Positions 39,599 to 50,573 are shown, counted from the first letter of the stretch. The stretch is 64,000 nucleotides of DNA from Promethearchaeota archaeon (GCA_016839585.1 JAEOTZ010000042.1:1-64000); one strand, 5' to 3'. The notes: a model not told the origin generated them from the sequence alone. Numbers and translations are program-made.

Positions 39599-40885
39599 AT
39601 GAAAGAATTAAGAAAAAAACTAAAAATCACAAGTAAAGCGTTAGATACAGTAAATAAATTTCTTGTTGATGAAAATAATATTCTAATCAATAATTTATTT
39701 GAAATAATCGAAAAATATGGTGGCGTTGATGAAATCAATAAGAAAGCTAAAGAAGCAAGTGAATTAGATAATCTACTAAGTAAACTAAAAAATAAGAAGC
39801 CTGATTATGCGCAGGATATAGAATGGTTAATTGAACAAAGAGATAATAACGCTTTTATTAGCATACCTGAATATAGAAAGAAAATCCTGGGAGAAAAATT
39901 TTCAGAAATGAGCTTTAATAAGGATTATGCTGTTACTTTAGAGCTTTCAGCTTGCCAGTACTTTCCATTTTTTATGGATATAGCAAGAGCCGCTATTGAA
40001 GATCAGAATTTAATGCCAGGTAGAATAATTCGTGTAAGAAAAATGAAGGAACAAGAAGTAGATGGGGATCTATTAGCAATGGCGACTGCTATGCAAATTA
40101 TAGGGGCAACCTATGTCGAAACACTTGATACCAAGGGAACTGCTCCTGGTCCTGATGGATTTCCTGTAAATGTCCATTTAGGAGGACCAGAAACTATAAC
40201 GGGTTATTTTGGTGGAGTGGGGCAACCTAATGATTTTGCTTTAAAGTGGGTTGATGAATATCTTTATTATTATACTAATTATGGTATCAAGCAAGTTCTA
40301 AATGTTAATCCAGGAACGGTTTTACTAGGATATTTTATTCATAAATTAGGGATTAATAACGAATTTAAAATATCAGTATATATGGGAAATGATAATCCAT
40401 ATTCTTGCCTGTGGACTCTTTTAACAGCTAAACTATTCGCCAGAGAAGACGGAACAAGTCCGTTGATTGGTTTTAATCTTGCTAACTCAGTAAATAATGA
40501 AACAATTGAACTCACTGCTCATATTAGAAAAGCATTTGATTTTGAAGATGTTGTCAGATTTGAACATCATGTGATTGAAACACAGAAAAGTATTGTACGC
40601 CAACCATATGATCGAAGAGAAGATTTATTGGAAGTTGCTATGAAAGTGAAAAATGTCAGTGCTAAACATGAAGGCGGTGATGTAGAAATAGATAAGAATA
40701 GAGAACATCCTTCAGATATTTTAGATTATTTTAGGGATAAGCAAGAGATTATTGATTCAGGTCATTGGGAATTTATGCGTAGAAATCACCTTGATAGATA
40801 TATTGCTATTAATACTACGGCTAAAGTATTAACTGAAAACGGTATTGATATTATTGCTGCCCAAAATCTTCATCAAGTTGATTAA
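39599..40885 (+). CDS. Hypothetical protein, probably co-transcribed with the aldolase-Fae fusion
   Basis: 428-aa ORF with enzyme-like segments (ETLDTKG, NVHLGGPETITGYFGG, EHH, KHEG); 22-bp gap to the next gene. Confidence 0.75.
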   Translation: MKELRKKLKITSKALDTVNKFLVDENNILINNLFEIIEKYGGVDEINKKAKEASELDNLLSKLKNKKPDYAQDIEWLIEQRDNNAFISIPEYRKKILGEKFSEMSFNKDYAVTLELSACQYFPFFMDIARAAIEDQNLMPGRIIRVRKMKEQEVDGDLLAMATAMQIIGATYVETLDTKGTAPGPDGFPVNVHLGGPETITGYFGGVGQPNDFALKWVDEYLYYYTNYGIKQVLNVNPGTVLLGYFIHKLGINNEFKISVYMGNDNPYSCLWTLLTAKLFAREDGTSPLIGFNLANSVNNETIELTAHIRKAFDFEDVVRFEHHVIETQKSIVRQPYDRREDLLEVAMKVKNVSAKHEGGDVEIDKNREHPSDILDYFRDKQEIIDSGHWEFMRRNHLDRYIAINTTAKVLTENGIDIIAAQNLHQVD

Positions 40886-40907
40886 ATAATAGAGGTTCGA
40901 AGAAAAG

Positions 40908-42395
40908 ATGAGTAAGTTTGACTTTAGACCCTCGGGAGTCATGCCAGCAATGGTAACACCATTTAATAAAGATGAATCGATAAACGAAGACCAATTAAGA
41001 AATTTAGTTAATCATCTTATTGAACAAGGGGTTACAGGATTAGTCCCTGTCGGTACTACCGGAGAATTTGTAAATATGACTTTTGAGGAACGTATAAAAG
41101 TAATTGAAATTGTAGTGGATGAAACAAATGGTAGAGTTCCGGTTATAGCAGGAACAGGAGAGACAGGAACTAAGTTAGTAATTGATGCTACTAAGGCCGC
41201 AACTGATATTGGTGCTGATGCAGTTTTAATAGTTACACCGTATTATTTAAAGCCAAAGGCAAAAGGGTTATATGATCATTACTTTACAATTACTGAAAAA
41301 ACAGACATCCCTATAGTACTATATAATATCCCTGCTTGTACGGGCGTAGAATTGCCTTGGACTGTTGTGGAAGATCTCGTAGATATCGAAAATATTGTTG
41401 CTATTAAAGATTCTAGTGGTGATTATAAATACTTTTCAGCATTATTGGAAAAAGTAAGTGATAAGATTTCAGTCCTTATTGGATGGGATGAAAATGTTCT
41501 AGGAGCTTTAGCTGGAGGTGCTGCTGGCTGTATCTTAGGTTCTGCAAATGTGTTCCCTAAAATTTGGCTCGAAATTTATAATCATGTAAAAAATAATCGT
41601 CTAGAAGAAGCTCAAGTACTTCAAAAGAAGGTCCAAAAAATAGCAAGACTTTTAATAAACTCAGGAGCATTAGGAGTTAAATCTTGTTTAAATATAATGA
41701 AAGTACCGGTTGGAAAAACTAGACAGCCCATTGTTATAGGAGACGCTCTTTCTTATGAAATAAAAGATGAATTAAGAGTTGAGCTTGAGAAATTAGGATT
41801 GATAGAAAAAATAGAAATCCAATTTGAATTAGGAGAAAAAACACTAACAAGTCGTTTTTATGCTGTTGGAATTACACCGAGGAAAATCATAAATTTCAAG
41901 TTAAAAGTCGGGGAATCTTTAGTAGGAAATCGCGTTGAACTTGCACATATTGATCTTTTAATTGGTGAAAAAGATGGACCTGTTGGACAAGCTTACGCTC
42001 AAGCTTTAACTAGTCCTGAAGAAGGACGTGAAGGACTTCAGGTCATACTTGAGCCTAATATGCAAGTAAAACCACCCACAATCATGATTCCTACAGTTCG
42101 TCCGGTCTCTCTACGTCACGCAAGTTTAACTTATGGGCCTGCTCAAGCAGCAATAGCTAAAGCAGTGATGCAATGTGTAGAAGATGGAATTCTTCCAAAA
42201 GAATTAGCTGATGACATTGTTTTAATTGTAAATGTTTTTGTTCATCCAAGTGCGAGTGCAAGAAAAAGAATCTTCATTAACAATTATAAGGCAACTCGTA
42301 ATGCGATTCGAAAAGCAATGGAAGGCTTACCAACTGTAGAAGATGGTATTGAAAATGCTGAAAGTGCCAGACATCCATTTAGAAACGATCCTTAA
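40908..42395 (+). CDS. DapA-family class I aldolase fused to formaldehyde-activating enzyme (Fae)
   Basis: N-terminal GTTGE, LYNIP, IKDS; C-terminal VGESLVG..AHIDLLIG.KDGPVG..KPPT..GPAQAAIAKAV..NVFVHP..NYKAT..HPF. Confidence 0.88.
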   Translation: MSKFDFRPSGVMPAMVTPFNKDESINEDQLRNLVNHLIEQGVTGLVPVGTTGEFVNMTFEERIKVIEIVVDETNGRVPVIAGTGETGTKLVIDATKAATDIGADAVLIVTPYYLKPKAKGLYDHYFTITEKTDIPIVLYNIPACTGVELPWTVVEDLVDIENIVAIKDSSGDYKYFSALLEKVSDKISVLIGWDENVLGALAGGAAGCILGSANVFPKIWLEIYNHVKNNRLEEAQVLQKKVQKIARLLINSGALGVKSCLNIMKVPVGKTRQPIVIGDALSYEIKDELRVELEKLGLIEKIEIQFELGEKTLTSRFYAVGITPRKIINFKLKVGESLVGNRVELAHIDLLIGEKDGPVGQAYAQALTSPEEGREGLQVILEPNMQVKPPTIMIPTVRPVSLRHASLTYGPAQAAIAKAVMQCVEDGILPKELADDIVLIVNVFVHPSASARKRIFINNYKATRNAIRKAMEGLPTVEDGIENAESARHPFRNDP

Positions 42396-42584
42396 AAAGT
42401 GAGTACCTTTTTTTCATCTTTTTATATTTTATTAATTTAAATCTTTTAAAATATTAAATTAGTAAACTCTTTTTATAGAAATCTAATACATTATAAAGCG
42501 TATATTGATAATTTCAAGAATTTATTTATAATTAATATTAATAGTAAATTTAAAAATAATTGAATAATAGAGCTGAACTATAAA

Positions 42585-43067
42585 ATGACACAGGTAATCG
42601 ATTTGGAAGTAGGAAATAAAGCACCTGAATTTACACTCCCAGATAAAGATAATAAAGAAGTATCTTTAAGAGACTTTAAAGGAAAATATGTTATACTTTA
42701 TTTTTACCCGAAAGATAATACGCCAGCATGCACAACTGAGGCTATTGGTTTTACAGGAATTTTACCAGCATTACAAAAATTAGATGCTGTTGTTATTGGA
42801 ATTAGTCCTGATACACCTGAATCTCATGCGAAATTCATTGAAAAGAAAAATTTGAATGTAATTCTCTTAAGTGATGTGGATAAAAAAGTAATTAAAAAAT
42901 ATGGTAAATGGGGAAAGAAAAAATTTAGGGGGAAAGAGTATATAGGGGTTATTCGAAGTACTTTTTTAATAGATCCAGATGGAAAGATTGCACACATTTG
43001 GCCTAAGGTTTCTGTAAAAGGGCATCCAGAAGATGTTGAAAGAGTATTAAAAGAATTAATAAAATAA
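42585..43067 (+). CDS. bcp: Thioredoxin-dependent thiol peroxidase (BCP/PrxQ)
   Basis: YFYPKDNTPACTTEA, RSTFLID. Confidence 0.92.
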   Translation: MTQVIDLEVGNKAPEFTLPDKDNKEVSLRDFKGKYVILYFYPKDNTPACTTEAIGFTGILPALQKLDAVVIGISPDTPESHAKFIEKKNLNVILLSDVDKKVIKKYGKWGKKKFRGKEYIGVIRSTFLIDPDGKIAHIWPKVSVKGHPEDVERVLKELIK

Positions 43068-43134
43068 GTTTCTTTTTTATCTTATATATTCTATGAAATC
43101 TATTTAATTAGAAAAATCAAATTAATTTTATATT

Positions 43135-43701
43135 ATGAATGTTATAGATGCTATAAAAGAAAGGAGAGCCTTCCGGTCTCTTGAATTTGTTGACATCTCA
43201 GATGAATTAATTAATGACTTGGCTAGTAAAGCACAAATTGCTCCTTCATGTATGAACAAGCAACCTTGGAATTTTATTTTTATAAGAGAAAAAGAACAAC
43301 TAGAAAGATTATTTACAACTCTCTCGACTGGAAATAAATGGGTTGAAAAAGCTTCCATGATAATTGCTGTATTAAGTAAACCTGATAATGATTGTATAAT
43401 TGGAGAACGCCTTTATTACTTATTTGATACAGGATTAGCAACTGCATTTATAATTCTACGTGCTACAGAATTGGGTCTAGTTGCGCATCCTATTGCTGGC
43501 TTTAAAGAAGAAGAAGCAAAGAAGATTCTGAATATCCCTGAAGACTTTAGGCTTATTACCCTAGTCAATATTGGAAAACATTCTGAAACCATTAATCCAG
43601 TTCTTTCTGAAGCAATGAAATTAGGAGAGAAACAAAGACCTCCAAGAAAAGATTTAGAGGAGTTTGTTTTTATAAACAGTTATAAAAGTAACTCTAAATA
43701 A
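43135..43701 (+). CDS. Nitroreductase family protein
   Basis: IKERRAFR, APSCMNKQPW, ATELGL. Confidence 0.88.
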   Translation: MNVIDAIKERRAFRSLEFVDISDELINDLASKAQIAPSCMNKQPWNFIFIREKEQLERLFTTLSTGNKWVEKASMIIAVLSKPDNDCIIGERLYYLFDTGLATAFIILRATELGLVAHPIAGFKEEEAKKILNIPEDFRLITLVNIGKHSETINPVLSEAMKLGEKQRPPRKDLEEFVFINSYKSNSK

Positions 43702-43722
43702 ATATGATACAGATAAGAGTCT

Positions 43723-44325
43723 TTAATTAAATAAGCCTGAAATCCCTTTAATATGATATTTTATTAAGAAATCTATATTGGAATCGACCCACTCATCATT
43801 TTTATAATGTTTTGCTAATTCAAGTAAGCCCTCTAATAAATTAGTGGCAATGATATGCATACCAAATGAATGGTTTAAATTATTATCTTTTGTTTCCTTC
43901 TGGTGAACAGTACTCTCTGTAAAATGCGATTCGATTTGCTTAATTAAATTTTCTTTAAAATTTTCATATTTCGTTCCTTCACTTCTATCCATAAGAATTA
44001 TTAGTTCTTTTGGGTTCTCTTTAATTATTTCACCGACTGGATGAGCAAGAAGATCTGAAAACTGTTTGAAAAATTCATCCTCACCTAGATTTCTCTCTGT
44101 CTCAAATAATTTAAATAGTAATTTTTTAGTTCTATTATATACAGGATCAATTAGAGAAGAAAACAAATAATCTTTACTTTTAAAGTAATTGTATATATTG
44201 CTAGTACTTACTCGTGCTTTTTTTGCAATATTTCGCATTGAAGTCTTGGTAAAACCATATTCTAGGAAGTCTTCACGAGCTGCATTTTCTATTCTTTTTT
44301 TTATCTTTTCTTTTTTTATTTGCAT
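43723..44325 (-). CDS. TetR/AcrR family regulator
   Basis: GFTKTSMRNIAKKARVSTSNIYNYFKSK. Confidence 0.9.
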   Translation of the reverse strand: MQIKKEKIKKRIENAAREDFLEYGFTKTSMRNIAKKARVSTSNIYNYFKSKDYLFSSLIDPVYNRTKKLLFKLFETERNLGEDEFFKQFSDLLAHPVGEIIKENPKELIILMDRSEGTKYENFKENLIKQIESHFTESTVHQKETKDNNLNHSFGMHIIATNLLEGLLELAKHYKNDEWVDSNIDFLIKYHIKGISGLFN

Positions 44326-44400
44326 GAAAATTTCCTTTTAATGTTTAAAAAAAAATAGATTTAGATATTTTTTATTTTTTAACTTTGTTTTTTAATTTAT

Positions 44401-45312
44401 TTATGAATAAACATATGATTTGGGATTTTCATTACTGACTAATGGACCTCGCCCATTCATTGCATTTTCAAGCATATTATTCAATCTTGTCCAATTTGTA
44501 TTAACATTTATTGCATTAAATTGACATTCAAGAATACATGCTACACAATGGATGCAAAAAGGCTTATCCAAGAGTATAGGCCCGTCATCTGTCATTTCAA
44601 TACAATTTACTGGACAAATATCTATACACCGTTCACATTTTTGACATAGATCATGGTTAAAAATAAGTTTTGGGTACAAATAATTATGCCAGAACTTTTC
44701 TCTGAAAATAATCTTTGCTTTCATTCTATTCTTTAATTTCTGATAATTTAATTTCTTTGTAATATCCTTCGACTTATTAATAACTCCATAATTGAACTGG
44801 ACTATCTTATCTGCTAATTCCTCTATAGTTGGTAGAGCTTCTTCTCCGGGCATTCCTTCATTTATTTTAATATTGATCTGTGGTAAAGCAGTCATACAAT
44901 GGAATGCATTTATCTTCATACTCAAGATTGTGATTCGCCCTGACTTTTTCAAAAGGTTTGCCGCTTCGTGAAGAGCCACCCCAGAATTTATTGCTCCATA
45001 AGTTACAAATGGAACTGCTAACCGTGCCCATCCATTTTCTGGTTTAGGTAAAGCTTTTATGATGTTTTTTACATTATAATGTAAATGATGGGCATAAACA
45101 GGAGATCCAATACATAAAAGATCGTGTTCCTTAATATTTTCTCTTAAAAAAGATTTCATATTGTCATTTCGAAAAATCATATCATTTCCAGTAAAATTAT
45201 ATAATTGAACATCGAAATTTCTGGATATTAATTGTTTTTCTAGCATTTGCCCAACTTTTAATGTATTTCCAGTTGGGCTAAAAACTATAATTGCTGCTTT
45301 CAAGAGTCTCAC
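44401..45312 (-). CDS. Flavodoxin-ferredoxin fusion (EFR1-like)
   Basis: FSPTGNT, GSPVY, two 4Fe-4S motifs. Confidence 0.82.
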   Translation of the reverse strand: MRLLKAAIIVFSPTGNTLKVGQMLEKQLISRNFDVQLYNFTGNDMIFRNDNMKSFLRENIKEHDLLCIGSPVYAHHLHYNVKNIIKALPKPENGWARLAVPFVTYGAINSGVALHEAANLLKKSGRITILSMKINAFHCMTALPQINIKINEGMPGEEALPTIEELADKIVQFNYGVINKSKDITKKLNYQKLKNRMKAKIIFREKFWHNYLYPKLIFNHDLCQKCERCIDICPVNCIEMTDDGPILLDKPFCIHCVACILECQFNAINVNTNWTRLNNMLENAMNGRGPLVSNENPKSYVYS

Positions 45313-45341
45313 CTCTAAAGATGTTATTTATTATTTAATAA

Positions 45342-45386
45342 CGAACAATCGTTCGCTATTTATTAATAAAAAAGAACAAATGTTCT
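45342..45386. promoter_or_regulatory. Two GAAC-N4-GTTC operators, 31 bp apart
   Basis: CGAACAATCGTTCG (45342-45355) and AGAACAAATGTTCT (45373-45386), upstream of the EFR1-like/TetR pair. Confidence 0.65.
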
Positions 45387-45610
45387 CTTTTAAACTTTAT
45401 GGTTTAAAAATGCAGAAATCTAAATATTGTCTAAAAAACGTGATAAGTCCTTTATCTTTACTTTTGGATTAAAATACAAATAATGTACTTCAGAGGTTTC
45501 TAATTTATAATTAAGTGAATATCTAAAGTTTATAGATTTAAGACAATTTTAACAAAAATTAATAGACTATAACCGAGATTTTGATATTTGAGTTAAGTAT
45601 TAATAACCAT

Positions 45611-47719
45611 ATGATTACAAAAGAAACAAAAAAAAATCATCTATTCAATGAAAAAAGCCCTTATTTACTTCAACATGTTGAAAATCCTGTTGATTGGTAC
45701 CCATGGGGAGAGGAAGCCTTTAAAAAAGCTAAAGAGGAGAATAAGACTATCTTCTTGTCAATAGGATATTCTACTTGCCACTGGTGCCATGTTATGGCCC
45801 ATGAATCTTTTGAGGACGACGAAGTAGCAGAATTAATGAATGAAGTATTTGTATCAATAAAAGTAGATAGAGAAGAACGTCCAGATATTGATAAGATTTA
45901 TATGACAGTCTGTCAAATGATGACAGGAAGTGGAGGATGGCCATTAACCATAATGATAACACCTGACAAGAAGCCTTTCTTTGCAGGTACCTACTTTCCG
46001 AAAGAAAGTCGCTTTGGGCGTATAGGACTTATTGATTTAATTAAAAGAGTAAAAAATCTCTGGAATAATAATAAAAATGAAATATTAAATTCCGCTGATC
46101 AGATTACAATGACTCTACAGAATATTGATCAAGAAGCTCCAGGAGATAATTTCAGTAAAACAATATTAAATAAAGCTTATAAGCAGCTAAAAAACAATTT
46201 TGATGAAAAAAATGGTGGATTTAGCGAACGTCCAAAATTTCCGACACCTCATAATCTTTTATTCTTACTTCGATACTGGAAGCGAACAGGAGAGAAGGAA
46301 GTTTTAGAAATGGTAGAAAAGACACTTCAAGCAATGAGAAGAGGTGGAATTTATGATCATATTGGTTTTGGAATCCATCGATATTCAACAGATTCAACTT
46401 GGCTTGTTCCTCATTTTGAAAAAATGCTTTATGATCAAGCATTAGTTGCCATGGCATATATAGAGGCATATCAAGCTACAAAAAATCCGGAATACAGAAA
46501 AACTACTCAAGAAATATTTGAATATGTTTTACGTGATATGACTTCTCCTGAAGGAGGATTCTATTCGGCAGAAGATGCTGATAGCGAGGGAGAAGAAGGA
46601 AAGTTTTATGTATGGTCAAAAAATGATGTTGATAAGATTCTTGATAAGAATGAATTTGATTTAGTTATGAAAGTTTTTAATATTAAAAAATCTGGTAATT
46701 ATTTAGAAGAATCAATAGGAAGAAAAACTGGGCAAAATATATTACATTTGACTGCTCCTTTAACAAAAATTTCAAGCGATCTTAGCATTTCGGAAAAAGA
46801 ATTAGTATCAAAAATTGAAAATATACGTAGAAAGCTGTTTGAAGTACGTGAGAAGAGAGTTCATCCTCATAAAGATGATAAAATCTTAGTAGATTGGAAT
46901 GGATTAATGATCGCAGCATTAGCTAAAGGAGCACAAATCTTTAATGAAAGAAAATATCTGAAAATGGCTATAAAAGCTTCTGAATTTATATTATCATCAT
47001 TACGTTTACCTAATGGTAGATTACTGCATCGATATAGGGAAGGAGTAGGTGAAATCAATGGATACTTATCGGATTACGCTTTCTTAATTTCGGGATTAAT
47101 TGAATTGTACGAAGCTACTTTTGATATTTATTTTCTTAAAACTGCGCTGGAACTCCATGAAATTCAATTAAAACATTTTTGGGACAATAATATTGGTGGT
47201 TTTTTTCTCACGGCGGACGATAGTGAAAAGTTATTAACGAGACAAAAAGAAATCTATGATGGTGCAATACCATCTGGAAATTCTGTAGCAATGTTAAATT
47301 TATTACGTTTAAGTTATCTCACAGGTGATCACAAATTAGAAGAAAAGGCAGATATAATAGGTAGAGTATTTACGGAAAAATTAAGTAATACACCTATAGC
47401 TTATACACATTTCATGATAGCAGCAGATTTTGCAATAGGACCAACATATTCTTTGGTAATTGCTGGAAATACAAATAGTAAAGATACTAATGAGATGATA
47501 ACAACAATACGAAATGAGTATATTCCTAATAAAGTCCTAATGCAAAGAAAAACAGAACAAAATCCACCAGATATAGACGAATTCTCAAACTTTGTTGAAT
47601 ACTTTGATAATCTTGAGGGGAAAGCTACGGCATATGTCTGTGTTAATAAAACATGTAAACCTCCAACCCATAATCTGGATCAAATGATTGAATTTCTTAA
47701 ATCAGATTGGAGCAATTAG
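45611..47719 (+). CDS. YyaL/SPATA20-like thioredoxin + alpha/alpha-barrel protein
   Basis: [32 protein letters not shown]; ATG at 45611. Confidence 0.92.
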   Translation: MITKETKKNHLFNEKSPYLLQHVENPVDWYPWGEEAFKKAKEENKTIFLSIGYSTCHWCHVMAHESFEDDEVAELMNEVFVSIKVDREERPDIDKIYMTVCQMMTGSGGWPLTIMITPDKKPFFAGTYFPKESRFGRIGLIDLIKRVKNLWNNNKNEILNSADQITMTLQNIDQEAPGDNFSKTILNKAYKQLKNNFDEKNGGFSERPKFPTPHNLLFLLRYWKRTGEKEVLEMVEKTLQAMRRGGIYDHIGFGIHRYSTDSTWLVPHFEKMLYDQALVAMAYIEAYQATKNPEYRKTTQEIFEYVLRDMTSPEGGFYSAEDADSEGEEGKFYVWSKNDVDKILDKNEFDLVMKVFNIKKSGNYLEESIGRKTGQNILHLTAPLTKISSDLSISEKELVSKIENIRRKLFEVREKRVHPHKDDKILVDWNGLMIAALAKGAQIFNERKYLKMAIKASEFILSSLRLPNGRLLHRYREGVGEINGYLSDYAFLISGLIELYEATFDIYFLKTALELHEIQLKHFWDNNIGGFFLTADDSEKLLTRQKEIYDGAIPSGNSVAMLNLLRLSYLTGDHKLEEKADIIGRVFTEKLSNTPIAYTHFMIAADFAIGPTYSLVIAGNTNSKDTNEMITTIRNEYIPNKVLMQRKTEQNPPDIDEFSNFVEYFDNLEGKATAYVCVNKTCKPPTHNLDQMIEFLKSDWSN

Positions 47720-47962
47720 TTTGTATGAGCATGACAATGTAATTTATCATTAATAGAACAATTTGAACACTCTGAGATATTTTTCCAAATACAAATTCCA
47801 CGAGTATTGGTGTTTATTTCTTCATCTTCTATATTAGATTTAAAATTATTATTATTTTTCATCAAATTAACAAATATATTAGTTGAATAATGTAAAATTC
47901 ATGCTTGCATTAAATTATAGAAATAAAAAAAAATAAATTTTTATAGTTTTTAAAAGTAGTAT

Positions 47963-48253
47963 TTATTTTTCTCTAAAATCTTCGCCCTCGACAATTTGCA
48001 TTTCTGCGATGGAATCTATTCCAATCCCCTTCATATTTTCATCCCATACTTTTCGGATTGATTCTGCATCTTTCGCATTCCATTCACAATATAACTTTTC
48101 ATGATCTAGTACTGCCCAAGTTCTTATCCAATAGGCATCAAAATTACAAGCTTTTCTCACATTAATAATCATTTTATTTTGTTCTGGGGGAATTTCTGCC
48201 ATTTGTTCCAACTGTTTTCTTGGTACAGAATGAACTACAATAAATTTTGGCAT
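47963..48253 (-). CDS. DUF4242-like small protein
   Basis: MPKFIVVH..WIRTW..KLYCEWNAKDAESIR. Confidence 0.6.
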   Translation of the reverse strand: MPKFIVVHSVPRKQLEQMAEIPPEQNKMIINVRKACNFDAYWIRTWAVLDHEKLYCEWNAKDAESIRKVWDENMKGIGIDSIAEMQIVEGEDFREK

Positions 48254-48585
48254 TTTTAAACCTCTCTTTAAATTTTTTTAATATTTAAAATATATTTTTG
48301 AATTTCTATAGAAAATTGGTTCTATTATATATTTATGTACAAATATAATATATATTTTTTTAAAAAATTAAATTAGTAGACTTATTTAAACCTATTTAGA
48401 ATATCCTTCTTAGAATTTTAATTTTATACTATTAATTTGATTAAAATTGTTATGTTTTTTATATAAATTAAAAGATTTTTGACAACTAATTATCTTAAAT
48501 AAATCTAAATTTCTTATTTGAGAAGTGAATTTAAAAAGAAGAATTAACTCTAGATCATCGAATAAAATTTAAAAAATGTAAATCA

Positions 48586-49830
48586 ATGCCGAAAGGACAA
48601 ATTGAAAAAATTGAATTAATAAGTAAGTTCTTAGATAAAGCCAAAGTGATAAACTTTGATAAATTAAATACAGTTGATGATATAATCAAATTACCAATTT
48701 CAACTTTTAATTTCTTGAGTGATGCTGATGTAGAATTAATTTATGATTTATTCGAAATTAGTAGTATAGGACAATTTTCATCTTTGGATTATTTACAACC
48801 ATTCAAAATTTTATATAAAGACAAAAAAACTAAAAGAAAAATTGAGCATATATTACAAACAGATTTAGAAATCGAAGATAAGGTAAAAAAAGCAGTTGCT
48901 ATAAGCAAAATTATATACCAAATAAAAGAAGAATCAATCTCCTTTTTAACAAAAGAGCAAAAAGTTATTGTTGTTGGTTTAAGTAATGCGGGAAAAACAA
49001 CAATATTGAAAAAATTTGGTGGACAAATTGGTATAAAAGATCTAGCTAAATTAAGTCCAACAAAAGGAGTGGAACGTCATGAAATAATAACTTCAGATTT
49101 AGTTTTAATAGTTTGGGATTTTGGTGGTCAGCAAGAATACAGAAAAATGTATCTTCATGAACCTGATAAATATTTTTTAAAAGTTGATTTAATAATGTAT
49201 GTCATAGACCTTCAAGATCCAGAAAAATATGAAGAAAGTATAAAATATTTTAAAGAATTAATTGATATTATCGAAAAACTTGAAGAAAATCCTTACATCT
49301 TAATTTTTATACATAAATTTGATCCCGATATAAAAGATAATCCGGAAATATTGCTTAATATTGAAGTTGTAAAGGATTTAATTAAAAATGTTTTCAGGGA
49401 TAAAAAGAAATATGATTATGACATATATTTAAGTTCTATATATTCAATATTAGCAAAAGAACCAAAATTTTCAAGATATCTTAAAGATACTATGGTAAAA
49501 ACTGCAACATTAACAGATCATAAATTAGAAGGAATGGCATCAATTTTAGAGTCATCCTTAAATGGAATTATTAGATTATCAGAAACAGTAATGACACAAT
49601 TTAATGAAATTGATAATCGAATAAGAATACTAGAAGGTGAAGAGCCAATCTCAAATAGGGCACCTTCTTCAATACCCTCTCCAGAATATTCTTCCATACC
49701 TCCATTTGCTTCACATTCAAGTACCAATATTGGAAAAAAAGTCATACCTAATAGAATTAAAAATGTAAGAGTTGCTGTTCTTGATGAACTAAAAGAATTA
49801 CTTGAAAAAAGAAATAAAAAATTACTATAA
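48586..49830 (+). CDS. Small GTPase (Rag/Arf-like) with N- and C-terminal extensions
   Basis: G1 GLSNAGKT, G2 PTKG, G3 WDFGGQ, G4 HKFD, G5 SSI. Confidence 0.88.
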   Translation: MPKGQIEKIELISKFLDKAKVINFDKLNTVDDIIKLPISTFNFLSDADVELIYDLFEISSIGQFSSLDYLQPFKILYKDKKTKRKIEHILQTDLEIEDKVKKAVAISKIIYQIKEESISFLTKEQKVIVVGLSNAGKTTILKKFGGQIGIKDLAKLSPTKGVERHEIITSDLVLIVWDFGGQQEYRKMYLHEPDKYFLKVDLIMYVIDLQDPEKYEESIKYFKELIDIIEKLEENPYILIFIHKFDPDIKDNPEILLNIEVVKDLIKNVFRDKKKYDYDIYLSSIYSILAKEPKFSRYLKDTMVKTATLTDHKLEGMASILESSLNGIIRLSETVMTQFNEIDNRIRILEGEEPISNRAPSSIPSPEYSSIPPFASHSSTNIGKKVIPNRIKNVRVAVLDELKELLEKRNKKLL

Positions 49831-49848
49831 TATAAATTATTATTCAAT

Positions 49849-50001
49849 ATGGCAAAAAAAAAAGAGAATCTCTCTGAAGATGAATTGGATGATTTACTCG
49901 ATCAAACATTTAAAAGACAGGATATAATCCATCATAAATGCCAAATCAGAGACGATCCGGCAAAAAAGCAAGCAGAATGGAAAAAAAAGTATGAAAAATA
50001 A
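49849..50001 (+). CDS. Small 50-aa hypothetical protein (not in ORF track)
   Basis: MAKKKENLSEDELDDLLDQTFKRQDIIHHKCQIRDDPAKKQAEWKKKYEK*, 18 bp after the GTPase stop. Confidence 0.5.
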   Translation: MAKKKENLSEDELDDLLDQTFKRQDIIHHKCQIRDDPAKKQAEWKKKYEK

Positions 50002-50081
50002 TTAATTCTTTGCTAATAATTAATCAAGAAAGCCAAATTTTTTTGATCTATCAATATTTCTCATAATATTGATAATTTTTA

Positions 50082-50573
50082 TTACCATCTGGATTTTTCT
50101 CCTAATTTAATATCTAAAACGGGTGTTCCATCTATAGCATCCAAATTTTTAACAAACAGGGTTGTATTTTCAATCTTAATAAGTTTTACATTTGTAATGC
50201 CAATTCGAGATAAACGTATTGGTGTTCTAGAGGCGAATATACCCACACTTTTTCCATCAAGCCCTCGAGGAAAAACAGAACGAATTTGCCGCTGTTTATG
50301 AAAATAATATACAATCGTAATCCATTTTTCATCCTCTAATCTGTAAAGAAAGGATTCTTGGGATTTAAATAGGTGAATCTTAGAAATATTATCCCGACTT
50401 CCTCTAAGCCCAAATTTATGCCCTCGTGTTAGTTGGTTCTCAACAAATCCAATTGGATAAATTTTGAATGGTTTATGATTATTATATAAACACGAATGGC
50501 AAATGAATTTACCATCAATTTTTTCCATATGAGGTAAATCTTTTTCTTTTTTACATATATTACAAATTGGCAT
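50082..50573 (-). CDS. TrmO/TsaA-like protein with N-terminal zinc ribbon
   Basis: IYPIGFV, GIFASRTP, LDAIDGTPVLDIK; CNIC..CHSC. Confidence 0.8.
   Translation of the reverse strand: MPICNICKKEKDLPHMEKIDGKFICHSCLYNNHKPFKIYPIGFVENQLTRGHKFGLRGSRDNISKIHLFKSQESFLYRLEDEKWITIVYYFHKQRQIRSVFPRGLDGKSVGIFASRTPIRLSRIGITNVKLIKIENTTLFVKNLDAIDGTPVLDIKLGEKSRW

Noticed and set aside
40908-41800. Calling the aldolase dapA
   Set aside because: It lacks the DHDPS substrate-binding Arg, has no lysine-pathway neighbours, and is fused to Fae.
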